Shown here piece after piece: positions 13,587 to 22,872 of a DNA stretch of 64,000 bases (its first letter is position 1; the number at the start of each line of letters is the position of its first letter). The position numbers were made by a program, and so were the translations under genes. The stretch spans positions 160,001-224,000 of the forward strand of contig CAWFCQ010000005.1 of the NCBI GenBank assembly GCA_963814375.1, given 5' to 3'. Source of the stretch: an uncultured Chloroflexia bacterium (GTDB lineage Bacteria > Chloroflexota > Limnocylindria > QHBO01). Under the pieces are notes generated by a model. It had not been told where the DNA came from. It did no database searches and saw only the letters and a program-made list of their open reading frames with translations.

Positions 13587-15697
13587 GCCTGCTCCCGATG
13601 CGCCTCCATGGGCACGACGTTGTCGGGGTACTTGATCCGGGAGTGATACATCCCCAGCAGCTGCCCGACGAAGGCGTCCTTGATCTGGGCGATGTTCTTC
13701 AACGTCAGCTCGGCATCGTCGAGCTGGCCATCACCCACCCTGCCGTCGACGATGCGGTCGACCATGTCGCGGATGCTCTCCTCGTCCTTCTCGTCGAGCG
13801 AGCGCACCGAGGCCTCGACCCCGTCGGCGAGCATGATGATCGCGGCCTCGCGGCTCTGCGGCTTCGGCCCGGGATAGCGGTAGATCCGCTCGTCGAGCAT
13901 GTCGTTGCGACCGCCGATCTCGCGCAGCGCCTTGTCGTGGAAGTAGCTCATCACGCTCGTCCCGTGGTGCTGCGGGATGAAGCCGATGATCTGGACCGGC
14001 AGCCCATGCTCGTAGCCGAGGTCGATCCCGTCGCGGATGTGGCCCGCGATGATGCGGGCGCTCGTCTCGGCCGGCAGGTCGTCGTGGATGTTGTGGGCAC
14101 CGGCCTGGTTCTCGATGAAGGCGAGCGGATTCTTCATCTTGCCGATGTCGTGGTAGTAGGCCGCCACCCGCGCCAGGAGCGGATCGGCGCCGATGGTCTC
14201 CGCCGCGCGCTCGGCGAGGTTGCCGACCATCACGCTGTGGTGGTAGGTGCCGGGCGTCTCGAGCAGGAGCCGGCGCAGCAGCCGGTTCGACGGGTTGGCC
14301 AGCTCGAGCATCTGGAACACCGTCATGATCCCGAACACGTTGCCGAGCACGGCGAAGCTTCCGGCCGCCAGCACGACCGACAGGACGGCGTTGAGGAGAC
14401 CGACGCCCGCGAGCTGGAGGATCGCCGCCACGTCGCGCTGCTCGAGCAGGCTGAACGCGAGGACGACGGCGACGTTGACGCACGCCAGCACCACGAAGAC
14501 GCGGACGAAGGCGTTGAGCCGCTCGGCGCGGGTGATTGCCAGCAGCACGGCCAGCCCGCCGGCAAGGACGTACACGGTCAGCTCGAGCGCATCGCGGTTC
14601 ATGATCCCGGCCAGCACCGCCAGCGCCCCGGCCATCACGGCGCCCGCGCCGCTCTGGAGCAGGATGCCGATGAGCAGCACCGTGGCCGAGGTCGGCACCA
14701 CGAAGGCGAGCAGGGTCCGATCGGCCGCGATCCGCATCGCAACGGCGCTGACGACCAGCCCGAGGAAGAAGAGCAGCACCGACCGGTTGCGGTGCCAGAT
14801 CAGCGGCTCGAACCGCCACAGGTAGCCGACCAGCAGCCCTGCCACGAGGATGGCGACCAGGGCATGGCCGACGACGGTGGCGACCTCGACGACCGGCCGA
14901 GTCAGGCCGAGCGCGTCGAGCATCTCGAACTGCTCGACGGTGATGGGATCGCCCTCGTCGACGATGCGCTGGCCGGTCTGGAGCTCCACCACCACCGGCG
15001 GCACCGCGGCGCGAGCCTCGTCCTCCTGCTGGGCGGTGAGCGCCTCGTTGATCTGCTCCGTGGCGGCGACCTGCGCGACCGCCAGCGCGCCGGCCAGGGA
15101 TCGCTCGACGTCGACGAGGTCGGTGGTGACGAGGTTCCTGGCCTGGTCGCGCACGGCGGGCAGGTCGGCCTCGCTGATCGGATTGGCCAGCGTCGCCTCG
15201 AGCGCCATGCGGCCGGCGGCCGCGATGGCATCCCAACGCTCCGCCGCAAGCTCGGCCACCACGCCGCGTTCGAGGAACGGGATCTCGGGGGTATCGGCCG
15301 CCAGGCGGACGAGGACCTCCTCGGCGGCAAGGGTGCCTTCGTCGCGGAGCGCGAGCACCCGCGCAACTCGCCGCGACATCGTGTCGAAGGCGCGGAGCTG
15401 GTCCTCCTGGTTGTCGGTCGGCGACTTGATCGTCTCGGTGATGGGCGTCTGGTTGGCCGCCGCCTCGTCACGCGCGGCCTCGGTCAGGCTGGCCGAGTCG
15501 AAGGCGACATCGCGCTGGGCACGGATGTCGCGGGGCGCGATCTCGCCGACCTCGAGGTTCTCCTGGCCGACCGTGATGTTCGCGGACAGGATCAGGAAGA
15601 GCGCCGTGGCCACGATGGCCGTGATGACCGCGGCGCGGGCGAGCGCGGTCTGACCCGCATGCCCGTTCTGCTCGGCCAGGGTCCGCGTGATGAACAT
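13583..15697 (-). CDS. 7TM-HD phosphohydrolase (PgpH/YqfF-like, cyclic-di-AMP phosphodiesterase family)
   Basis: Extracellular domain, 7 TM, then PGTYHHS, YYHDIGK, FIENQ, QHHGT, YPGPKPQSRE, MLADGVEA. Confidence 0.9.
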   Translation of the reverse strand: MFITRTLAEQNGHAGQTALARAAVITAIVATALFLILSANITVGQENLEVGEIAPRDIRAQRDVAFDSASLTEAARDEAAANQTPITETIKSPTDNQEDQLRAFDTMSRRVARVLALRDEGTLAAEEVLVRLAADTPEIPFLERGVVAELAAERWDAIAAAGRMALEATLANPISEADLPAVRDQARNLVTTDLVDVERSLAGALAVAQVAATEQINEALTAQQEDEARAAVPPVVVELQTGQRIVDEGDPITVEQFEMLDALGLTRPVVEVATVVGHALVAILVAGLLVGYLWRFEPLIWHRNRSVLLFFLGLVVSAVAMRIAADRTLLAFVVPTSATVLLIGILLQSGAGAVMAGALAVLAGIMNRDALELTVYVLAGGLAVLLAITRAERLNAFVRVFVVLACVNVAVVLAFSLLEQRDVAAILQLAGVGLLNAVLSVVLAAGSFAVLGNVFGIMTVFQMLELANPSNRLLRRLLLETPGTYHHSVMVGNLAERAAETIGADPLLARVAAYYHDIGKMKNPLAFIENQAGAHNIHDDLPAETSARIIAGHIRDGIDLGYEHGLPVQIIGFIPQHHGTSVMSYFHDKALREIGGRNDMLDERIYRYPGPKPQSREAAIIMLADGVEASVRSLDEKDEESIRDMVDRIVDGRVGDGQLDDAELTLKNIAQIKDAFVGQLLGMYHSRIKYPDNVVPMEAHREQA

Positions 15698-15698
15698 C

Positions 15699-16145
15699 TC
15701 AGGCGCTCCCCAGCAGGCGGCGCACCACCTCGCTCACCAGCCGCCCGTCGGCACGACCCTTCGTCTGCGGCGAGAGCCGGCCCATGACGCGGCCCAGGTC
15801 GGCCGGGCCTGCGCCGGTCTCGGCGATCGCGGCGCGCGCCATCTCCTCGACCTCGGACTCGGTCAGCTGCTGCGGCAGGAACTCGGCGAGGATGGCGGCC
15901 TCGGCCTCCTCGGTCGCCGCCCGGTCCTCGCGTCCCGCGTCGCGGAAGGCGGTGATGCTCTCACGGCGCTGCTTGACCTGGCGTGCGACCACATCGACGA
16001 CCTCCTCGTCGGTGAGGTCGCGACCACGAGCGATGCGCTGGTTCTGGGCGGCGGCCATCGCCATCCGCAGCGTCTGCGTGCGCAGCTCGTCGCGAGCGCG
16101 CATGGCATCACGCATGGCGGACTCGATCCGCTCCAGGAGCGTCAT
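15699..16145 (-). CDS. GatB/YqeY domain protein
   Basis: AMRARDELR...VKQRRESI...GREDRA...FLPQQL...LGRVMG...GRADG. Directly follows rpsU. Confidence 0.92.
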   Translation of the reverse strand: MTLLERIESAMRDAMRARDELRTQTLRMAMAAAQNQRIARGRDLTDEEVVDVVARQVKQRRESITAFRDAGREDRAATEEAEAAILAEFLPQQLTESEVEEMARAAIAETGAGPADLGRVMGRLSPQTKGRADGRLVSEVVRRLLGSA

Positions 16146-16227
16146 GAATGGATCGGTCTCGGCAACATCGGTCTCGCTGGATCCTCCGCTGCGCCGCGAT
16201 CGGTTCGGTTGAAGGGCTTGCGTCTGG

Positions 16228-16407
16228 CTACGCGCGCGAGGTTGCCTTGCGCTTCTTGGCTTCCTTGCGCTTGCGCTTCACGCTGGGCTTCTCGTAGTGC
16301 TCACGGCGTCGTGCCTCGGCCAGGATTCCCGACTGCTGGATCTTCTTGTTGAAGCGACGCAGCGCGCTCTCGAACGTCTCGTTCTCGCCCACGCGAACTT
16401 CTGCCAA
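16228..16407 (-). CDS. rpsU: 30S ribosomal protein S21
   Basis: TTG start after [25 protein letters not shown]...[16 protein letters not shown]. Confidence 0.96.
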   Translation of the reverse strand: MAEVRVGENETFESALRRFNKKIQQSGILAEARRREHYEKPSVKRKRKEAKKRKATSRA

Positions 16408-16486
16408 ACGTCTCGCCTCCTTCCCGCTCGAATTTCGCGCCCTTCGTATCGATGGCGACCAGGCCGCCGGGCACGCAAGCCGGTGC

Positions 16487-16515
16487 AGGGTAGCAGCGGG
16501 TCCGATGAGGGTCAA
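16487..16515 (-). promoter_or_regulatory. Sigma70-type promoter of rpsU
   Basis: Minus strand TTGACC-N17-TACCCT with an extended -10 TG. Confidence 0.6.
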
Positions 16516-16575
16516 TCGAGGCCACTCAGCGGCGAAGCGCGCTGAAAGTATATACGTATATACGCCGCAGGGCAG

Positions 16576-17956
16576 TCAGTCCTCTCCGCAGACCTCGGAG
16601 TCGGAGCAATGGACGACGATGCCATTCACGATCGTGGCGATGACTTCCATCCCCCGGATCTCGTCGGGAGTGGCGTCGAGCACGTCGCCGGAGAGGATGG
16701 TGACGTCGCCGAGCGTGCCTGGGGCCAGGTGGCCGCGTCGCTCTTCGTCGCCGAGGGCGTATGCAGCGTCCACGGTTGCGGCGCGCAGGCCCTCCTCCGC
16801 GGTCAGGAGCTGATCGGTCATCCACTCCGGGGTCTCCGGGAACGCCCGACCACGACCGTCCATGCCGCCCGCGATCTGATCCACGGGCCGGCCGATGTCA
16901 TCGGTCAGGACGAAGTCCGGGAAGAACCATGGCGCGTCGGTTGCCCCGGCGACGTGCAGGCCGGCGTCTACGAAGTCCCTCCAGCGGCCGAGCCAGCCGA
17001 TCTGTCCGGACGGGTAGTCGGCGCCACGGCCCATGTAGTCATTCCACAGGACCCAGTCGACCGTGCCGCCGTCGGGGTGGACGACGGGGACCAGGTCCAT
17101 GGCGACCATGCGATCGAGCTGGGCGTCGGAAACCTCGAGGGCGTGGTCGATCCGGTGGTGGAGCGGGTTCGGGCCCGTGGAGCCGATGGCCGCCTCGAAC
17201 GCGTCGAGGGCCAGATCCTCGGCCTCGGTGCTGACCGTGTGGACCGAGACCTGCCAGCCCGCCTCGTCCGCGCGGCCGATGGTCGACGTCAGGTCGGCGG
17301 GCTCCCAGTTGATGATCTCGCCCGCACCATCGTCGAGATGGATCTTGAGCCCCTGGACGCGCAAGTGGTCGCCCACCGAGCCGCGCTCGTGGTCGGCGTA
17401 CCAGTCGCCGAAGAACTCGTCGCCGAAGTTCAGGGCGAGATAGGCGTCGACATGAATCGGGAGGCCGTCGGCAGCGGCGAGGGCCGTGAGCTCATCGAGG
17501 CGCTCCGGGTTGACCCACTGCTCGGCGATCGAGGTCCAGCCGCGGCTGACGGCCGCCTCCATGGCTTCCTCCGGTGAGTCGAGGCCGTAGTAGTCGCGGT
17601 CCCCGATCCAGTGCGCATGCGCGTCGATGAATCCCGGGTAGGCAACGCCCGAGCCGATGTCGACGACCGGCACCTCGTCGCCGGCCAGCGCCATCACCTC
17701 GTCCCGCGTGCCGATGCAGGTCACGAGGCCCGCTTCGATGAGGAGCGCCTCCGCAACGGCCGGATCGTCCATCGTCACGATCCTGCCCACGAGGACGAGG
17801 CTGCCTCCCTCGGAATCGGTGGCGCTGGCGGCGTCAGTGGGTGCCGGGGAGGCTCGCGCCGGAGCAGGAGGGCGACGCGGCCGTGCCTGGAGCGCAGGCC
17901 GTCGCCACGAGAGCAACGGCCAGGAGCAGGGGCGCGATGACGAACGGCGGGTTCAC
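16576..17956 (-). CDS. Amidohydrolase-3 family lipoprotein (frameshift near 17870)
   Basis: PGFIDAHAH, KIHLDDG, SVHTV, HRIDHA, GATDAP, RGHLAPG. GTG 17956 after AAAGGA encodes MNPPFVIAPLLLAVALVATAC (lipobox) in a different frame from the body. Confidence 0.85.
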
Positions 17957-18049
17957 GCAGACCGATTCCTTTCGAGGTAGTCAACCGTACGGAGCCGGCG
18001 GGTCGGATCCCTCGTCAGGCAGCCCGGGCGGAACCGACCTCGCATCACT

Positions 18050-18082
18050 GAGAGCGTCCGACGGGAGCGGTTTTGTTCAATC
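18050..18082 (-). promoter_or_regulatory. ECF-type promoter upstream of the amidohydrolase
   Basis: GATTGAAC-aaaaccgctcccgtcgga-CGCTCTC, matching the motifs upstream of sigma genes 1 and 3. Confidence 0.65.
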
Positions 18083-18094
18083 CCGGGCGAGAGA

Positions 18095-18128
18095 GCGGGC
18101 GGCCGTCGAGGCCGCCCGCGCATCGGTT
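18095..18128 (-). terminator. Conserved cassette terminator, copy 1
   Basis: Plus strand GCGGGCGGCC-gtcga-GGCCGCCCGC-GCATCGGTT, repeated after each anti-sigma gene. Confidence 0.7.
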
Positions 18129-18134
18129 TGGATC

Positions 18135-18945
18135 GCAGCGGCTCGAGGATGGAGCTCGGGCCTCGACGGCGTCCTCGGGATGCAGTTGCACCGTGGCGAG
18201 GACCTCCTCGAACCATGCCCTGTCGTAGGGAGCGACGGCGAGTGGGTCGTCGCCAGCCGTATAGAGCTGGATCCAGTAGCCGCGGCCAGCGGTTGTGACG
18301 ACCGCCACGTTGCAGTCGTCGGCCGATCAGTCCGGTGCCGCCGTCGACGGTGATCGGCTCGGTCGTCGTGCACCCCTCGTCGCTCGCCATCTGCTCGGGC
18401 GACCCAATCCTCGGGCGTGGAATCGCCGATCGGCTGCGAGGCGATGGCCAGGAACAGGTCGTGCGTCAGGATCGGGTCGTGCGAGCCAGTCGGCATGGGG
18501 CGCCGCAAAGACGAGGGGAAACGTGCTATCCGTCCAGGGCCGGTCGCCGCTTGAGCGGTCCATCCCTCGGGGTACGACAGTGAGATCCCGTGCTGCGTCG
18601 AGGTGAAGCTCTGGGTCAGCGGCGGAGCGGATGCGGGCGGCGACGCGGATGGTTCGGGCGTGGCGGTCGGCTCAGGGCGTCGGCGGTCGGCTGAGAGCCC
18701 ACTCCACCGCTCGGCGAACCGAACAGCTGTGCGCCAACGAAGAGGAGGACGACCACGGCGGCAGCGCCAAGGCCGATGGTGACGATCTTGTTCATCTCGG
18801 GAAGCCTCCACGGGCCGATGACGACCCGTTGTCCTGTCTGTTCAGTGCGATCGCGAACCGCGTCGAACGACTCGTAGGGCAGCTCGTCCGGGCCGTCCCG
18901 AAGGAAGTCGTTGAGCTGTCGATCGAGGTCGTCGTGCGCGGTCAT
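18135..18945 (-). CDS. Putative membrane anti-sigma factor 1 (about 5 frameshifts; 3' end approximate)
   Basis: MTAHDDLDRQLNDFLRDGP...PWRLPEMNKIVTIGLGAAAVVV, Pro-rich linker, then an ectodomain (FTSTQHGISLSYPEGW...GRGYWIQLY...VLATVQLHPEDA) spread over several frames. ATGA overlap with the sigma gene. Confidence 0.7.
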
Positions 18946-19496
18946 GCCATTCGCTCCTGGGATGTCGGGGGCGTCCGAGCCTCGGCATCGAGGCTGGCCC
19001 GGAGCGCCCGCTTGGCGTGGTGCATGCGGGACTTCACGGTCCCGAGGGGGATACCGATGCGAACCGCCACCTCGGGCAGCGGAAGCCCGAGGTAGTGGTG
19101 GAAGACCAGGACGGCGCGCTGCTGGACGGTGAGCCGTCGGAAGGCACGCTCGAGCTGGTCTCGGTTGTCGACGTTCGCGTACTCGTCAGGCCCGTGCACG
19201 GGCTCGACGGAGAGGACTCGGATGCCCTCCGACCACTGCCGGCGACGCTTTGCCTCTGCGTAGCAGGCGTTGGTCAGGATCCGGTGGAGCCATGGCTCGA
19301 AGCGCTGGGGGTCCCGCAGGGTGCGAAGTTCGCGCCAGGCGGTCAGCAGGGCCGATTGGACGGCGTCGTCAGCAAGGGCGAAATCGCGAAGGATCCTGAA
19401 CGCGATCGCCATGCATCGGTCGCCGGTCAGGCGCGCCAAGGAATCGAAGGCCTCTCGATCGCCTCGCTTCGCCTGCTCGACCAGCTCTGCGTGCAC
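18942..19496 (-). CDS. ECF RNA polymerase sigma factor 1
   Basis: LVEQAKRGDREAF, DAVQSALLTAW, FEPWLHRI, region 4 EVA...GIPLGTVKSRMH. GTG start after GGAGG. Confidence 0.93.
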   Translation of the reverse strand: MHAELVEQAKRGDREAFDSLARLTGDRCMAIAFRILRDFALADDAVQSALLTAWRELRTLRDPQRFEPWLHRILTNACYAEAKRRRQWSEGIRVLSVEPVHGPDEYANVDNRDQLERAFRRLTVQQRAVLVFHHYLGLPLPEVAVRIGIPLGTVKSRMHHAKRALRASLDAEARTPPTSQERMA

Positions 19497-19551
19497 CCAC
19501 CCCTCCATCCATGGGGTTGCTGTCGCGCCCGATCTGAGCGTGATCGGACTG

Positions 19552-19582
19552 GAGAGTCCGGGGGCAGCCTATCGGTTCAATC
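19552..19582 (-). promoter_or_regulatory. ECF-type promoter of sigma 1
   Basis: GATTGAAC-cgataggctgcccccgga-CTCTC on the minus strand. Confidence 0.65.
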
Positions 19583-19596
19583 CTGGCAAGAGAAAG

Positions 19597-19630
19597 GCGG
19601 GCGGCCAGCCTGGCCGCCCGCGCATCGGTT
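19597..19630 (-). terminator. Conserved cassette terminator, copy 2
   Basis: Plus strand GCGGGCGGCCA-gcc-TGGCCGCCCGC-GCATCGGTT, followed on the minus strand by CTTTCTCTT. Confidence 0.75.
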
Positions 19631-19644
19631 CCGGGTCGGATCGG

Positions 19645-20612
19645 TCAGGGCGCCTCGAAGGTGGCCGACTCTGCGAGGGTCCGCAGCTCTTCGACGAGGT
19701 CGCCCGGCGTCGCCGGGCCGTACATCGCGTCGAGGATCACGATCGATCCGTCCACGTCGAGGATCCACAGCTCGTCGATCTGGCCCGGTCCTTGGTGGTT
19801 CCGCACCACGGCCTTCGCCTCGGTTCCGTAGCTGACGAACTGGTTCTCATCGCAATCGGCGAACTCTTCCTCCCGCGTCGCGTTTGGCAAATCGAACGTC
19901 ATCGGAACCTGGAGCGTGATCGTCTTGCCGGCGAACCCGCCCACGGTGACGTCTTCGGGCGCGGTCGCGGTCTCGTCGCCCGGCCGGCCAGCCAAGGCCT
20001 CTGCGATCTCGTCGGGCGTGGTGGCGGGCGACTCGGGGATGCCTGTGGTCCACTGGCACGGATCTCCGTACACGTTGAACCCTGTCCCGGCTGGCCATGC
20101 CCACCCGAGCAACGCAGCGCCGACAGTTTCTGGCGGGTCCAGGCCGTCGTCGTCCTTGCTAACGCGCATCGAATTCTGCAATGCGAACCATCCGGACGAC
20201 GCGATGTCGACCGTGATCTCCACGGCGTCAGCGCGTCGCCAGTGACGACGAACGGGCCCTGGGGCAGACCACCCCCGGCCGACGGCGTCGGACTCGGCTC
20301 CTGCGTCGGCTCCGGGGTTGCGCTGGCGGTCGGGTCAGCGCCCACACCGCCAGGGTCACCCGGCGAACTGAGAAGCTGGGCGCCAAGAAGAAGGACCACG
20401 ACCACGGCGGCAGCGCCGAGGCCGATGGTGACGAACTTGTTCATCTCGGGGAACCTCCGCGCCGGCCACCAGGTGGCGCGGCGCTGTGGGGTCGTTTCCG
20501 CCAGGTCCAGCACCGCCCCCGCGATGCGGGAGACGTCCTCGTGCCGATCCTCGTGGAGCCACGACCGGATGGCGCGGTTGACGTCCCGGTCGGAGGTCTT
20601 GAAATCGGTCAT
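19645..20612 (-). CDS. Putative membrane anti-sigma factor 2 (frameshift near 20228)
   Basis: ORFs 19899..20612 and 19645..20223. Cytoplasmic N-domain, MNKFVTIGLGAAAVVVV TM, Pro linker, ectodomain VYGDPCQW...HQGPGQIDELWILDVDG...ESATFEAP. ATGA overlap. Confidence 0.8.
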
Positions 20613-21157
20613 CGAGCCACCTCCCGGGGCGTCGGCTGCGCGTCGGCGATGAGCGTCGAGCGCAGCTGCCGCGTCGCGTAATGCAATCTCGATCCCACCG
20701 TCCCGAGCGGCGCGCCGACGATGTCGGCGACCCGGTCGAGCGGCAGGTCCAGGTAGTGGTGCAGGACCACCACCGTCCGATGGTTCAGGGAAAGACTCCG
20801 AAAGGCACGCTCGAGCTGGTCGCGATCGACGACCGCGCTCGTGCCGTCGACCACCATCGGTTCGTCAACCGACAGCAGCCTCAGGTTCGGCGCCCAACGG
20901 CGGGACTTCCGGCCCTCGGCGTAGCAGGCGCGCACGAGGAGCCGATACGACCAGGCCTCGAAGCGGGCCGGGTCACGAAGCTGGGGAAGGTTCTGCCAGA
21001 CACCCAGCAGCGCCTGCTGCGTGGCGTCCTCGGCCAGGCCGATGTCGCTCAGGATCCGGTGCGACACCGCCAGGAACCGATCCGCGATGGCATAGACCAG
21101 GTCGGCAAATGCCTCCTGGTCGCCGCCCTGTGCACGTGTCACGAGATCGGGGTTCAT
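20609..21157 (-). CDS. ECF RNA polymerase sigma factor 2
   Basis: LVTRAQGGDQEAF, EDATQQALL, FEAWSYRLL, region 4 GAPLGTVGSRLHYA. Confidence 0.93.
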   Translation of the reverse strand: MNPDLVTRAQGGDQEAFADLVYAIADRFLAVSHRILSDIGLAEDATQQALLGVWQNLPQLRDPARFEAWSYRLLVRACYAEGRKSRRWAPNLRLLSVDEPMVVDGTSAVVDRDQLERAFRSLSLNHRTVVVLHHYLDLPLDRVADIVGAPLGTVGSRLHYATRQLRSTLIADAQPTPREVAR

Positions 21158-21206
21158 GTCCCTTCCAACGTTTACGGCGTCGGTTCAGACCGACGCTACA
21201 TCCGGT

Positions 21207-21236
21207 ATGGGCGAGATCCGGCCGGCTTTTTTCAAA
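21207..21236 (-). promoter_or_regulatory. Variant ECF-type promoter of sigma 2
   Basis: TTTGAAA-aaagccggccggatct-CGCCCAT, in the equivalent position to the other promoters. Confidence 0.45.
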
Positions 21237-21352
21237 TGGGTCGCAAGCAGCTCGTCAGCGCGCGGCCTGGCCGCTTGGCGGGCAGGTATTCTGCCGTCCT
21301 ATCCGCGGCGCCGTGGCGCCTGTGTGGCCACCCGAGCACGAGGACACACGCC

Positions 21353-21898
21353 GTGACGTCAGATCGCCGGACCGCGTCCCAAGCCTTCGTCGTGCTACTC
21401 CTCGCGGTGGTCGTCGCGGGTTGCGGGACCACGCTCGAGCCTTCGCCTTCGCTTTCGCCTTCGACGAGAGATGGCATGGCCGTCACGGATCTGTCCGCGA
21501 TTGGATGCGCCGGGAACGATCCCGCAGACGAGGGCGAGCTGACGGGTGCCTGGGCGGGGAATGACACTGGCACGTACTACATCCGCCACGTCGGCGACTG
21601 CGTCTGGTGGTTCGGGACCGAGGTGAGAGATATCGCACCCGGTGCAACCGGCCAGCGAGGATTTGCGAACGTCGCCAGCGGGCGCATCGTTGGCACCCAG
21701 GTCGACCTCGAGTGGGCTGACGTTCCACTTGGGAGCACCGTCAACGGCGGGGGCCTCACGTTCATCTACGACGAAGAGCGCGGCGAGCTGACGCTCGCGG
21801 AGCAACGAGGCGGGATACCGTTCGGTGGCACGGTGCTCACTCGCATCGACCCGTCCGCGAGTCCCGCCGCGAGCCCGAGTCCGTCGGCAAGCCCATAG
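21353..21898 (+). CDS. Lipoprotein of unknown function
   Basis: GAGGA RBS, GTG start, lipobox VVAGC, LTGAWAGNDTGTYYIRHVGDCVWWFG, Ser/Pro-rich ends. Confidence 0.8.
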   Translation: MTSDRRTASQAFVVLLLAVVVAGCGTTLEPSPSLSPSTRDGMAVTDLSAIGCAGNDPADEGELTGAWAGNDTGTYYIRHVGDCVWWFGTEVRDIAPGATGQRGFANVASGRIVGTQVDLEWADVPLGSTVNGGGLTFIYDEERGELTLAEQRGGIPFGGTVLTRIDPSASPAASPSPSASP

Positions 21899-21911
21899 GC
21901 GGTCAAACGAC

Positions 21912-21944
21912 GCGGGCGGCTGGCGGGCCGCCCGCGCATCGGTT
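21912..21944. terminator. Conserved cassette terminator, copy 3 (between convergent genes)
   Basis: GCGGGCGGC-tggcgg-GCCGCCCGC-GCATCGGTT. Confidence 0.7.
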
Positions 21945-21959
21945 CCGGGTCGCGATCGG

Positions 21960-22872
21960 TCAGGGCGTCTCGAATGTGGCCGACTCGACCATGGCCCGCA
22001 TCTCCTCCACGTCCTCGGCCGGCGTGTCCGGGAAGTAGCCGGCGTCGAAGAAGACGAGCGTGCCGTCGACGTCGACGACCCACACCTCGTCGATCTGGCC
22101 CGGTCCCTGGTGGAAGCGGGGAGCTTCGTCGCCCGAGCTCGACACCTCGAGCAGGGTGCGGAACTCGCCACCGTCGCAGTCGGTGAAGACCGCGTCCTCC
22201 GGGACGTGAAGGGTGAGCATCTTCCCGGGATGCCCGCCCACGGTCACGTCGACCGGCTCGGTGGCGTCCCGCGAGGCCTGGGCCGACAGGGCAGCGACCA
22301 ACTCATCCAGCGAGGCGGCCGGCTCGGCCGGCCGGGTCGACTCCCACGCGCACGGGTCCCCATAGACCAGCATGTCCCCGCCATAGACGATGAGCCCGGC
22401 ACCCTCCGGCGGGCCCTCAACTCCGTGCTTCACGACGTTCGTGTTGTAGTCAAGCCCGTGCCAATCGGGCGCCGAGATGGTAACGGTCGTTCGCACTCCG
22501 AAGAGCATTTCGTTGACGAGGACGAACGGCCCTTCGGGTAGGGGGCCAGCCGTCGGCTCCGCAGACTCCGGAGGGGTCGGCGTCGGATTGGGCGTGGCGG
22601 TGGCGGTTGGCTGGCCGCCCACTCCGCTCGGGTCCCCGGGCGAATTGAGAAGCTGAGCGCCGACGATCAGGACCACGACCACGGCAGCAGCGCCGAGGCC
22701 GATGGTCACGAACTTGTTCATGATGGGCGTCCTCCACGGGCCGATGAAGACCCGCTGTTTCTTGTGCTTCAATCTCGGCACGAACCGCGTCGTAGACCTG
22801 GTCATGCAGCTGCTCCTCGCCCTCGTTGAGGAAGGCGCTGATCAGGCGGTCGGGATCTCGTGAGGCGGTCAT
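21960..22872 (-). CDS. Putative membrane anti-sigma factor 3 (frameshift near 22768)
   Basis: ORFs 22450..22872 and 21960..22805. MTASRDPDRLISAFL...PWRTPIMNKFVTIGLGAAAVVVV, ectodomain VYGDPCAW...HQGPGQIDEVWVVDVDG...ESATFETP. ATGA overlap. Confidence 0.8.

Noticed and set aside
18095-21960. Repeated hairpins as a CRISPR array or integron attC sites
   Set aside because: Only three copies, kb apart. No cas or integrase gene, and no recognisable attC core ends.
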